Part shown: positions 51,700 to 64,000 of the stretch, piece after piece
Layout of the letters: each line of letters starts with the position of its first letter
How positions within the stretch are numbered: the stretch's first letter is position 1
From: Octopus bimaculoides
Taxonomy: Eukaryota
NCBI RefSeq assembly: GCF_001194135.2
Contig: NC_068988.1
Span: forward strand, 32,193,674-32,257,673
Direction of reading: 5' to 3'
Length of the DNA: 64,000 nt
Position numbers and translations under genes: made by a program
Notes under the pieces: model-generated
Told to the model about the DNA's origin: nothing
Seen by the model: only the letters and a program-made list of their open reading frames with translations
The model's database searches: none

Positions 51700-52619
51700 G
51701 GATATTTGTCATCGTGATCAGAAAAGTTAAATTGAGATATAGCTTTCTTTTGAAAAAAGAATATTTGAAGTCAAAGTCGATATGAGGCGGTAATCTTTTT
51801 TTCGCGAGTTTTTACCTCAGTACATTTTTTCTACTGAATATTTTTCCACATAACTAACATGAATAGATTCCTATCGTCGAGACTTACCATACAAGTGAAA
51901 ATGAAATATAGATATACTTAAAAAAATATTTGGACTTAAAGTCGATTTCAGGCGTTATTCTCCCGTTTGTGAACTCATATATTTGACTCAAACTGTTTTT
52001 CCTACTGAGCCAATTTTCAAATTTTTAGCTCGAAGTGTATCTTAGGGTATTTCCAATCTAAAAACGTAAACATCATCTACTTTGGTTAAAATCTGAGCTA
52101 TTGACAAAGCCTAGAAGTGGAATAATTCGCTTCATCGGATTCTTTTAGTAGAGATCTATCAGAAAAGTTGAATTTAAATCTAGTTTTCTTTTGAAATAAG
52201 AGAAATATTTAGAGTCAAAGTCGATTTCAGGCATGAATCTCGTATCTTTATTTTCTGCCGGATTTTACCTTAGGACATATGTTTCCAAATATGTAACATG
52301 GATAGATTACTCTCGCCGAGATACATCATACCAGATAAAATAAAGTATAGATTTCTTTTAACAAAATATTTTGACTCAAATGCGATTTTAGGCTTACTCT
52401 CTAGTTTTTGATCTCACATATTCGACTAAAGCATTTTACAACCGAAACAATTTTCAAATTTTGTCGCTGAAAATGTAGCTTAGGAAGGAAATAATCTAAG
52501 AATAGAGACATCATCTAACTTGGTTAAAACCTGAGTTAGTGATAAAGCGTAGAAGTGTTCGCCAGTGTGTAAATTTGGCCCTTAAGCATATTACGCACAT
52601 ACGCCTGTGTGTGAATTAT
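51700..52619 (+). repeat. Degenerate ~440-bp tandem duplication with two related subunits
   Basis: atcagaaaagtt at 51717 and 52158 (period 441). aaagtcgat..caggc-like motif at 51773, 51938, 52217 and 52378. Confidence 0.8.
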
Positions 52620-53423
52620 NNNNNNNNNNNNNNNNNNNNNNNNNNNNNNNNNNNNNNNNNNNNNNNNNNNNNNNNNNNNNNNNNNNNNNNNNNNNNNNNN
52701 NNNNNATATATATATATATATAATAATAATAATAAAAATAAGCAGCAGGATATCCAGAGGTAATGCAGTATGATCGTTTCAAGCGACTCCATTTAATTGA
52801 AACAATGCAACCATTACATCAATTTAAATGCAGTGCATTTTTGTTATTCAGATACGTTTTTCTTCGTATATGTATAAGTTGTAAATGTTACTATATTTAC
52901 CATTTGATATTTTTCTTCAACTGTCTCGTTTCCATGGGAATACAGAACTGGACGGGACTCCAAATGGCAGAAAGCTGTCGACATATTTATAGTTGTTCTC
53001 TCTTAATAATTTCCGATTTCTAATTATCACTGCACTCCTTTGAGGCAGTACCGAAGATATTTCCTGCGTCCTCGTCGTCATTGCTGTCATTCATATGTTG
53101 ATCTTGATAATGAGAAAAGTAAATTATCAAAATACAATCTAAGAAACGAAGAATATAATTCTCCAAGGCCATAGATGCATTAGAGAGATGAATAAGCGTC
53201 AGCAAAAAAAAACAAAACAAAAAAAAACAGACGTCACGCCTGTTGATAGTAGAAATGTTGAAAATCTTTAGGATTTCCTAATGTATTTTACAGCCTAACT
53301 CTTCGGTATACACGGCAATTATAACTTTAAAAGCAACGTTAGGCAATACTTGGCGATTGCCTCCTAGGTATCGGGAAAGAGGGGCAGTGTAGAGTGACCT
53401 TGGACTGGTTTCGGAAACGCAAT

Positions 53424-54360
53424 TTAGGTTGGCAAGAAAGTAATTTCGTTTTTAGCAAATTTTTACGACTGATTTGAATTACATTTTTGAATAGCAGTTA
53501 CTGTTAGCTTACTTTAGAACGAAATTCTGCGTAATGTTTGCCTTACTTCCGTATTGTGTTCCCGTAAACGGAAGAAATCTGATGAGGCTCAAAAAGATAT
53601 ATGTGAAATTTATGGTGTTGATTGCTTAAAAGAACGCACATGTCAGTAATGGTTTCAAAAATTCCGTTCTGGAGATTTTTCACTCAAAGATGATTAATCT
53701 TCTGGCTGAGCTACTATTATGGTCGAGCCATAACTGAATCTGTTTGTCAAATAACTCTGTGAGACTGCAAAGAGGTTAAATGTATCACACACACCTATTG
53801 AAAATCACTTAAAATGTCTTGGACTCGTTAAGAACCTCAATATTTGGGTTCCACATAAATCAAAAGAGATTCACTTAACACAAAGAAAATCAACATTTGT
53901 GATATGCATCTCAAACGTAATGAAAGCGAAATCGAACTTTTCGTGAAATGAATCATCACTAGTGAGGAAAAATGGATTGTCTACAAGTGTAATGAACCAG
54001 CATAAACCGTATCGAAAGCTGGAGTGCATTAAAAATATCATGCTGTCAATATGGTGGGGATAGAAAGGTGTTGTGTATTTTGAGTTGCTTCTTAGGAACC
54101 AAACAATCAATTCAGATGTTTACTGTCAACAACTAATGAAACTGGAGGAAGCAATCAAAGCAAAACGGCCAGAATTGGCAAATCCTAAATGAATCGTGTT
54201 CCACCATGGCAACGCTAGATCACACACATCCTTGCTAACTCATGAAAAAATATCGCAACTTGGTTGAGAAGTGATGTCACATGAACCATACAGCCCTGAT
54301 ATTGTACGATCAGATTACGATTTATTTCGAAATTTGCAAAATTCTTTGATGATGACCTGA
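53424..54360 (+). pseudogene. mariner (D,D34D; Hsmar1/cecropia-like) element with left TIR and decayed transposase
   Basis: TIR TTAGGTTGGCAAGAAAGTAATTTCG. Peptides ICEIYGVDCLKERTCQ.WFQKFRSGDFSLKD; WVPH; IITSEEKWIVY; MLSIWWG..GVVYFELL..NQTINSDVYCQQL; FHHGNARSH; HEPYSPDIVRSDYDLF. The 3' end runs into a gap. Confidence 0.95.
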
Positions 54361-55173
54361 AATCATATATATATATATATNNNNNNNNNNNNNNNNNNNN
54401 NNNNNNNNNNNNNNNNNNNNNNNNNNNNNNNNNNNNNNNNNNNNNNNNNNNNNNNNNNNNNNNNNNNNNNNNNNNNNNNNNNNNNNNNNNNNNNNNNNNN
54501 NNNNNNNNNNNNNNNNNNNNNNNNNNNNNNNNNNNNNNNNNNNNNNNNNNNNNNNNNNNNNNNNNNNNNNNNNNNNNNNNNNNNNNNNNNNNNNNNNNNN
54601 NNNNNNNNNNNNNNNNNNNNNNNNNNNNNNNNNNNNNNNNNNNNNNNNNNNNNNNNNNNNNNNNNNNNNNNNNNNNNNNNNNNNNNNNNNNNNNNNNNNN
54701 NNNNNNNNNNNNNNNNNNNNNNNNNNNNNNNNNNNNNNNNNNNNNNNNNNNNNNNNNNNNNNNNNNNNNNNNNNNNNNNNNNNNNNNNNNNNNNNNNNNN
54801 NNNNNNNNNNNNNNNNNNNNNNNNNNNNNNNNNNNNNNNNNNNNNNNNNNNNNNNNNNNNNNNNNNNNNNNNNNNNNNNNNNNNNNNNNNNNNNNNNNNN
54901 NNNNNNNNNNNNNNNNNNNNNNNNNNNNNNNNNNNNNNNNNNNNNNNNNNNNNNNNNNNNNNNNNNNNNNNNNNNNNNNNNNNNNNNNNNNNNNNNNNNN
55001 NNNNNNNNNNNNNNNNNNNNNNNNNNNNNNNNNNNNNNNNNNNNNNNNNNNNNNNNNNNNNNNNNNNNNNNNNNNNNNNNNNNNNNNNNNNNNNNNNNNN
55101 NNNNNNNNNNNNNNNNNNNNNNNNNNNNNNNNNNNNNNNNNNNNNNNNNNNNNNNNNNNNNNNNNNNNNNNNN

Positions 55174-55231
<58 letters not shown>

Positions 55232-55624
55232 ATGCATGTATATGTATATATGTATATAAAAAAAGATTAAAATCTAACATAGAGAAAGTAGTCTCCTCCA
55301 TGGGGATGGAAACATCCAATATTTCTCTGGTTTGGCAGTTTGATATCCAATATTGCATAGAAAAAAAAATTCTACAATCCACATGGGTATATATTCAATA
55401 TACAAAGATGAAAAGAAAATAGAGATTTACGATTGACACATTGTAATAGTTATATTTATATCATATTAAATTATATTATAATAATAGGATAATATTAAGT
55501 GAATTATATGAACAAAATATTGTGTTACAAAGCTAGAGCTATCAGAAAGAATGAATGGTTATCTCCAGTTGAACTGGAAAGCGTAAAGAGACAGGCGCTT
55601 AGAGACAGGCGCTTAGAGACAGTA

Positions 55625-57985
55625 AAACCAGCGGTGAACGGAAGGAGGAGGAAGAAATCCAGATATTGAAACTATGGCAGTGGTGTTAAAGGAAGAAAAT
55701 GTGCATGAGGCTGAGATCATTTATCAGGAAAGCGATGAGTGAATCGAGGACCAGATATTCATTTTAAAAGAAATCATTGATATGTGGACTACTGGTGAAG
55801 AGAACCTCTATACAGGGTTTATAAAGTAGACAGAAAGAAACTCAATGAATGGGTCAGGAAGATAAATGATATCACTGGTGATATCAAGACTGACAAGGTA
55901 ACAGACACCAACAATCTGATAAATTCAATCGCGATCTTTATTGTCCGGAGGTTAGGTTTGAAAGTTAAAGGTAAATGTCAACATAACCTGAAGGAACCAT
56001 GGTGGAAAAGGCGAATAATACAATCTATTAAGGAGACCAGTAAACATATTTATATTCTGGAACGGAAGAAGAGAAATGAAGTTCAGCGAGAGAAATATGT
56101 TGAGCTAGAGAGGAAGGATAGGTGAAGAGAAAGGGAATCAATGTTGTGATTGAAGAATTAAAACAGAGGTTGAAAGCTAAAGTACATAAACTAAAGAGAT
56201 ATGAACAGAAAATTGAGCAGTACAGATTAAACAGACTTTCGAACAAAATCAGAAACGAGTCAATGAGGAACTCGAGGGGAAAGAAAAAGCGAAAAAGCTG
56301 GATGTTGAAGAAAGCAAAATATTCTGGTCATATATACAGTTTCAGGAAAAACAACACAAAACTGAAGCAGAGTGGTTAAAGACATTCAAAGTGGAGAGTA
56401 GAGAGTACCAGCAGGGGGATTTAAGAATAACGGAGATGATTAGAGATCAGTGCAGGAAGATTCTTAACTGGAAAGTGCCTGGCCCTGATGGGGTTCAGAG
56501 CATTTTGACTGAAAAACTTTACAGCCCTCTACAGGAGAATTGCGAGACAGATGGACTAAATATTGATTAGTGACATCCAGGTACCGGCCTCGATGACAAA
56601 AGAAAGAACGGTACTATCTCCGAAGGACCCACATAACGGGAATGCGTTTGGAAACTTCCTATCAATATATTGTTTGCCACTGATGTGGAAACTGATGACA
56701 GGCATCATATCAAACAGCATCTATAAGTGCATAGATGAGAATGACCTGTTACCAGTGGAACAAAAAGAGTGTAGATGTAAAACAAGAGGAAGGAAGGATC
56801 AATTACTAATCGATAAGACTGTACAGGCTGATTAAAAGAAGAGACAATAATTTGGTGATGGCTTGGGTGAAATACAGGAAATCATATGATATGGTCCCAC
56901 ACACGTTCGATTATTAAATGCCTTAAAATGCTTAAGGTCTCCCACAATATTCTGAAGTTTATACAAATCTCAATGTCAACGTAGTGAACTGAACTCACAG
57001 CATGGGGTGATAAGCTGGGAGAGGAATCTTACAAGGCGATAGTCTGTCGCCCCTCCTATTTGTTGTCTGCATACTGCCAATAACGAACGTTTTAAGAAAG
57101 ATACGTGTGAGGTACATGCTAGGCGAGGTGAAAGTTAACAACCTATGATTTATGGTTGACCTAAAGCTATTCGCTAAGACTGAGGAAGAAATGGAGAGTT
57201 TGACGGCCACTGTGCATATGATTAGCAAAGCTATTTGCATTAAATTTGGGATTGAGAAATGCGGTATAATGATTCTAAAAAGGGGGAAAATCAGTAAAAG
57301 CCGTGGGATCAAGCTAGAAAGTAGTGAAGCTATGAAGGAAGTCGGAGAGGAAGGATATAAGCACCTCGGTATCATTGAAAGAGATAAAAGGAATGAACAC
57401 AAGATGAAAGTAATGTAGAGGAAAGAGTATTTGAAGAGAACTCGGCGTGTACTCCAGTCGAAGCTAAATGGCCTCTATACGATTAGAGCAATTAACATGT
57501 GGGCTGTTGCTTTGATGAGATATGAGGCAGGAATAGTATCTAGGAAGAAGCATGAATTAGAGATAGATCGGAGAACATGTAAATCAATGACAATGAAAAG
57601 GGAACTACACACTAAGTGTGATGTGTTAAGATTGTATGTAAAGAGGAAAGAAAGAGGACGGGGATTAGTGTGTTGTGAAGGTTGTGTAAGGGAAGAGAAG
57701 AATACCCTGGCTTGGTATGTTAAGAGGAGTAAAGAAGAAATGATTAAAGCAGTGAGAATGTAGGCAACCTTAAAAGTGAACGAAGCCGTAGATCCAAAAC
57801 AATTTAAGAAAGACCAGCGAGAGAGCAAACGAAGTAAATTTGGCTTGACAACAAAATGGACAGCCAGGTCTTGAAGAATAAAGATAAAATTGATTGGAAT
57901 AGAACCTGGCAATGGCTGCAGAAAGAAGACTTAAAAGGGCCCACTGAGCCATTACTGTGCCACGCTCAAGAACAAGCTCTCAGTT
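55625..57985 (+). mobile_element. Longest R4/Dong-like copy: pre-RT, full RT and post-RT domains; lacks zinc knuckle and endonuclease (3'-truncated); multiple stops
   Basis: KEPWWKRRI; NWKVPGPDGV; CLPLMWKLMTGII; LLPVEQKEC..KTRGRKDQLLIDK; KSYDMVPH; RGILQGDSLSPLLFV; FMVDLKLFAK; KFGIEKCG; RLYVKRKERGRGL; WQWLQKEDLK..AQEQALS. Confidence 0.95.
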
Positions 57986-57999
57986 AAAAGCCAATGTAA

Positions 58000-58950
58000 T
58001 TTACTACCTCTATTGCTGACCTAATAGTCGATCGATTTACGTATTAGATTCTGAGTCCTTCTTGTCGCGTTTCCCTTTACCATTACTTTCTAATCACTCT
58101 TATTATACTTACATGGTATGCTATATTGAAGGAACTACCCATTCTAGTTATGGTGTGTCCAGTATTATGTAATAGGGATATCAAATATATCTAACCTGGA
58201 AGTACCTTCCTGCAAACCATAACCAGTTCTTTTCCAATTCTGCTAGGTATGTAATCCTTACACCAAGATACAGATATTTTAGCTGCGCTTGTTAAATAAT
58301 AATTTAATAATGGAACATACTATCCAAACCTCTTACCCGCATCTATTGTCTGGGGTTGCTTTTCCTAATCCACACAAAGGTGATTATACAAATTAAATAA
58401 TATTAACGCTATCTGTATAACATTCCATATTGTTAATCATTATGGAAACATTAGACTACTCCCTACTGCTAGCTTTCTTTGATATCCAATCCGGTATTTC
58501 CTGTAACTCCTTACCAGTTGTAGTTTATTATATACCCCCTCTTTCATTAAACTCCTTAAAAATAAGTAATACTCTACTTTTACTAACTTTACTGTTCCAT
58601 AAAAGTTAAATCTTATTAGGTTGCCTTCGTACCCTCTCCCAACTTTCAATCAACATCAACAGAATATCCCTAAATTCATTGTATCAGTGCCTCTTCCTTT
58701 GTCCTTTAGCGTTAGCTAGCGTATCCGAAACCCCGACCCAATGCCTAAAATTCTTGTATGTTTCTATTTCTCTTCACCCTTATTTTGCTTTATTTATTCT
58801 TTCTCTTTTTATCCTTATTTCATACCAGGACCTCTCCTTACTTCCCACTGCCCTAAACCTACTATAATAAAATATCGCTTCCACTCCAGTCTACCGAGGA
58901 ACAAGTCTAGCAGACTCCTTTCCCACGCAGGTCACTGACCTTAGATATCA
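58000..58950 (-). mobile_element. Possible highly degenerate APE-type LINE endonuclease region
   Basis: Purine-rich on the minus strand. Faint IIVGLGQWEVRRG resembles the RTE/CR1 APE N-terminus. The rest is unalignable by eye. Confidence 0.25.
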
Positions 58951-59349
58951 TATTACACATTTTCAAGAACAATATTCTTAACCTCAACGGTCAACTTTGC
59001 TGCTCATTCGCCCATTTCATAGTTGACATCGACAGACTTCAGCTACATTCCTGCTGTATTTGTGGGATATTTTTTTTAGTAAAATTTCTTTTCATCTGAA
59101 GATTACGGGTTTTACTTTGTATTGGAATAATGTTCTCATTCTTCTATTAAAAGTGAAACAAGTAGTTGTAATGAGCTGACAGTTATTCGTCGCTTGTTAT
59201 TATTCACTTGATTATTATACACCAAGGGAATTTACGACTTACAATTAAAGAATCTTGCACACCAAATACACATACAAAATAATTTACGACTTGTCGGGAA
59301 CCCTAGAGTATACGAACAACGTACTATTCCAAGTAACGCGTTATATGGA

Positions 59350-59824
59350 ACAGCCCCTAGACGCTAAATACTCGTAGGCTTGGTTTTCTCGGTGGACACA
59401 GCCGCAATATCCTACCTGATATTTACCAACCATAAGGCGCAAACACAGGTTTATCCATCTTAGTGCATATCTTTTCAAGTACCTGATTCTATCTGAATTC
59501 TTGTTTTACTCTCCCTCTTAATTTATATACATATTCCCCACACTACCCCACATTCGCACCCCAAACCCACACCCACACCCCACACTATCACACCACACCA
59601 AACCACATATCACTACACCACATTACATCACCCCGCACACCCTAGCACTGACAACTTCCCAGCACCCACACCATTAACCAGACACCCACACATTACAGAT
59701 AGACGAATACACACACGCATACATCAACACGTGAAAGACTTTCTCACCTTCCCAAGGTTCAAACTAATACACATGCCTGTTGTTAATACACCAGTCTTCG
59801 TCTTTTGCTCTTTCTGTAAATTTC

Positions 59825-59826
<2 letters not shown>
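59350..59826 (+). mobile_element. Penelope-like 3' remnant (CA-rich spacer plus terminal-repeat tail)
   Basis: 59728-59826 (aaagactttctcac...aaactaatacac...gtcttcgtcttttg) matches the sequence following the hammerhead-like motif at 9566-9620, and a CACC-rich spacer precedes it. Confidence 0.5.
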
Positions 59827-59882
<56 letters not shown>

Positions 59883-60424
59883 NNNNNNNNNNNNNNNNNN
59901 NNNNNNNNNNNNNNNNNNNNNNNNNNNNNNNNNNNNNNNNNNNNNNNNNNNNNNNNNNNNNNNNNNNNNNNNNNNNNNNNNNNNNNNNNNNNNNNNNNNN
60001 NNNNNNNNNNNNNNNNNNNNNNNNNNNNNNNNNNNNNNNNNNNNNNNNNNNNNNNNNNNNNNNNNNNNNNNNNNNNNNNNNNNNNNNNNNNNNNNNNNNN
60101 NNNNNNNNNNNNNNNNNNNNNNNNNNNNNNNNNNNNNNNNNNNNNNNNNNNNNNNNNNNNNNNNNNNNNNNNNNNNNNNNNNNNNNNNNNNNNNNNNNNN
60201 NNNNNNNNNNNNNNNNNNNNNNNNNNNNNNNNNNNNNNNNNNNNNNNNNNNNNNNNNNNNNNNNNNNNNNNNNNNNNNNNNNNNNNNNNNNNNNNNNNNN
60301 NNNNNNNNNNNNNNNNNNNNNNNNNNNNNNNNNNNNNNNNNNNNNNNNNNNNNNNNNNNNNNNNNNNNNNNNNNNNNNNNNNNNNNNNNNNNNNNNNNNN
60401 NNNNNNNNNNNNNNNNNNNNNNNN

Positions 60425-60516
<92 letters not shown>

Positions 60517-60618
60517 ATACACGCATTTATACACAAATACCTATAAAGACGCTGGTAGACAGTGGGAGAGGGAGAGAGGAAGAGTTAGATAATGAAAGAG
60601 AGACAAACAAATCCTGAT

Positions 60619-60662
<44 letters not shown>

Positions 60663-61194
60663 GGAGACAGACAGAAATTAATGGAGGGGAAAATAGAGGT
60701 TCTGCATCAAATGCAGTGCAGAAAATATATGTTATATTTAAATATTTACTTCCGCGAAAGATAACAAGGATAGGGAAAATACCTCCGGTAATTCGTAGCA
60801 GGCGTTATGAAATGAAAATAATTACAAGCCATTGAGAATAAATTCACGGTTGAATGTAACAAACCTGTGGAAAGGTAAACTTTTCCCTTTGCTTCATACT
60901 GCGAGGTAGATATGCTCTGAGTTCAATTGTCATTGAGTACATAAAATTTTGTTACTCACATGTGATCCATTTCAGAAAATTTCACACACACATAGACATA
61001 ACTGGTCATATAAACACATATATATTTTGACGCAAGCACTTACAGAGACATAGTTATATATATAGAATATAGATATACACAAAATGTTTTCTTATATAAA
61101 GAATTTATTCTGTTGATAAAGTAGAACATCTTAACTATGGTAAAATAAATTCATTTGATAGAAAAAAAATGAGACATGCATATAGAATATGCAC

Positions 61195-61199
61195 ACATT

Positions 61200-61230
<31 letters not shown>

Positions 61231-61233
61231 CAT

Positions 61234-61324
<91 letters not shown>

Positions 61325-61355
61325 CATACATACATATATATATATATTTATAAAC

Positions 61356-61386
<31 letters not shown>

Positions 61387-61390
61387 TCTC
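61195..61390. repeat. Long (TACA)n/(TA)n compound microsatellite, representative of many TA/CA tracts in the window
   Basis: Direct reading. Similar tracts border most N gaps. Confidence 0.95.
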
Positions 61391-61417
61391 TCTCGCTCTC
61401 CCTCTCTCCCCTCTTCC

Positions 61418-61448
<31 letters not shown>

Positions 61449-61559
61449 ATACACACACACGTATATACACACGCAGAGACACAAACACTGACACACACAC
61501 ACACACACACACACCGTATATGTATATATACATATGTGCATACATACACATATATGTAT

Positions 61560-61592
<33 letters not shown>

Positions 61593-64000
61593 CATATAAT
61601 AGATTTTTAGAGTGTGCTATTAAATTTAGCTTTCTTCGCTTTGCATAATTCGAGTACGATATACCAATGTTGAATAAACTCGGTCTTTTCATTGAGCTTG
61701 TATTATCTCAAATCACTTCTAAATAGATTTACTATAGATAAGCAGCCGGTTCGTGCCAAAGTAAATTTGAAGTTAATCTTTCTGGCGTCACATGTCTAAG
61801 GGAGTAATTTGTTAAATGAGCTACCTATGTGTATGATATATATTGCTGTATATTGGGTATACAATTGGAAGAATCTTCGGTTGATTATTTTCAGCATCTC
61901 TTCGAATTAAGAAATCCCAATTTGTAAATAATTTCTCTGATATTTACTAGGCTATTTTGTACTTTGATGTTTAAGTTTTCATTGATTTATTTAAAGAAAC
62001 ATAAACAACAACAACAGTAACAACAAAAAATATTTGTTGTGTACTCCTCTCATGCAATTGAAATGTTATCTGATACTGTTTGTTGAACCCTTTCACTTTT
62101 CGTGTTGTTAATTCTTCAGTTATACCAAGCTGATGAGATTATATCTAATGTACAATACGTATCAAACTGAAAACTATTTTTCGAACTTCTATTTCGCAAG
62201 ACTCGACTGACTATAACGAAATGAGTGTACAATACAATGTAAATGACGAATTGCGCACAAATTGCTATGCTGCACATTATATTGCCACCTGGTCTGTGTT
62301 AATTTCATTATTATTTCTCAGATAATCTACTTTTGCAGATGTGTGCGATTTTTATGACTATGTAACTATACATATGCATATACATACATGTTCCATTGCA
62401 GTTAGGCATCGAAATGCTGCAATGTACGTTGGAGCTCTGTATTTATACGCGTGTTTAAATTAATTTTCTGCTATATAAATACTCTGTATATTATGACAAG
62501 TATCACTGTTAAGTACAGTGGTCGACTAACATCCATACAGTCGATACTGGAAGTTGACTAAAGAACGATACTCCGCGTGGATCTTTAACTGTATACGAGT
62601 TGTCGTATATCTAACTGAACACAATATGGTGCACCCACATGATAGTGCACCACCATGAAGTTGTATGAAACGACCCAGCATTTATTTTTTTAAAGCCTGG
62701 AACTTATTGCGTTGAATCCTTTTCGCGAAACGCTACGTTTCTAGGACGTAAAGAAAGCGACACCGATCGTTAAATGTTGGGGAAAAATACATACATACAA
62801 TCACACACACACACACACAAACAGAGGCAGACAGATAGAAAGGCACACACATGCACGCACATGCACACACACATGTATATAGAAACTCGAAAGAAATGTC
62901 GTTCTGTATATATATTTTGTGTCACTAAACCATTTTCCCTAATGAATAGAATTCGTCTTCCTTAGATTGGGGCAAAACGTAAATTATAACAATCATTTGC
63001 ACTCAATTGAATTATTCAGTTTTGAGCATATCAAGAATTTTTCGCCACCAGCTGGATACAAAGGGATATTAAGCACAGCCAGATTGACATTAGAATATTT
63101 GGATTGCTCTTTGATTGAGAAATAAATAACAGTTTTTAACAAATAACCAAGCAATGCAAGACATCTACAATAAATTACTATTAATTATAAGCCGATGTTG
63201 ACAATTTATATTTCTCATATTTTTAGCGTCTATAATGATATTATTAGCATCTGTGTGATATTCGGGTAAATGAAACAGAAGAGAATCTGAGCTATATTTA
63301 TTACCGGTTTCTGTGCTTTATTGATATTTACTAAATATATTTCGATTAATATTGCTATACTAACTGTACATACTGATTTTCCCGAAATACATATTGATTT
63401 AAATTATTGAATTATATTTGACTTTTCCCTATAGTATATTAGTTTAACGTCTGAGCTAGATTGACATTCATTCAATAAATATTGAGATTAAACTCGTTTT
63501 ATGTTGACAGTTACTGGATGTATGTGTTAATAATGTTAAAGTTATATTGACATTGTCTCATTGCACATTGATTGAACATCTCTGATCTGTTGCGGTTTAC
63601 TAAATAAATATTGATCTTAGGATGTGTAAAATAGAATTAACGGCTTGCTGCTGATTCATAATGGCTCACATACATCAGAGTTCCAGTCCGTTATTCAATT
63701 GAATATATGTATCGTTAAAAGGCTTTGAAAGTTAACATTGATTTACATTGGGAACAAAGGCAAGGGCAATTTATTGATATGACGCAATATATTACTGATA
63801 TTTTATTGACTGCAAAAGAATGAAAAGGAATACTAACATCTTTTTCGAGTTATGTTCAAAGAACGGAAACGGAGTGGAATCAAATAGTAGTATTGTTAGT
63901 ATTGTATTTCACGCACCATTTTCTACACTTTACCCAATCACCGCTTTTCGTAAAGTGGAGACTTCTCTTTAAAGATCAATAAATACATATGGAATATAAC

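Noticed and set aside
10202-60592. Many long ORFs containing X runs or YI/HT/CV/RE dipeptides
   Set aside because: Artefacts of N gaps and TA/CA/GA microsatellites.
62618-62652. Small hairpin ggtgcac-10nt-gtgcacc
   Set aside because: A 7-bp stem in isolation is expected by chance.
63227-63265. Candidate 39-nt exon (VYNDIISICVIFG) with AG/GT ends
   Set aside because: Too short to distinguish from chance without RNA data.

Overview
AT-rich eukaryotic non-coding DNA with many N gaps, most flanked by (TA)n or other microsatellites. The SINE families, microsatellite load and retroelement spectrum look like an octopod cephalopod genome (inferred from recalled repeat families, not from a search). 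I find no confident host gene, rRNA, true tRNA or CRISPR array, and almost all listed ORFs are microsatellite, gap or antisense artefacts. The window is mostly decayed transposons: (i) about ten fragments of R4/Dong-type non-LTR retrotransposons (RT plus restriction-like endonuclease), several joined to (TAA)n tracts and stacked head-to-tail; (ii) Penelope-like remnants with an inverted terminus and three hammerhead-like motifs with non-canonical cores; (iii) an RTE LINE fragment; (iv) three Tc1/mariner lineages and a pogo/Tigger-like end; (v) two tRNA-derived SINE families. Also present are an interstitial (TTAGGG)n-like array, a ~1.4 kb interrupted TTC tract, a cluster of three ultra-short TA-flanked MITE-like palindromes, and a degenerate ~440 bp tandem repeat. 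The best leads are the TAA-targeted R4/Dong stack, two copies sharing one 5' breakpoint, the variant hammerheads and the mini-MITE foldback. Boundaries of degenerate elements are approximate (about +/-20 bp).
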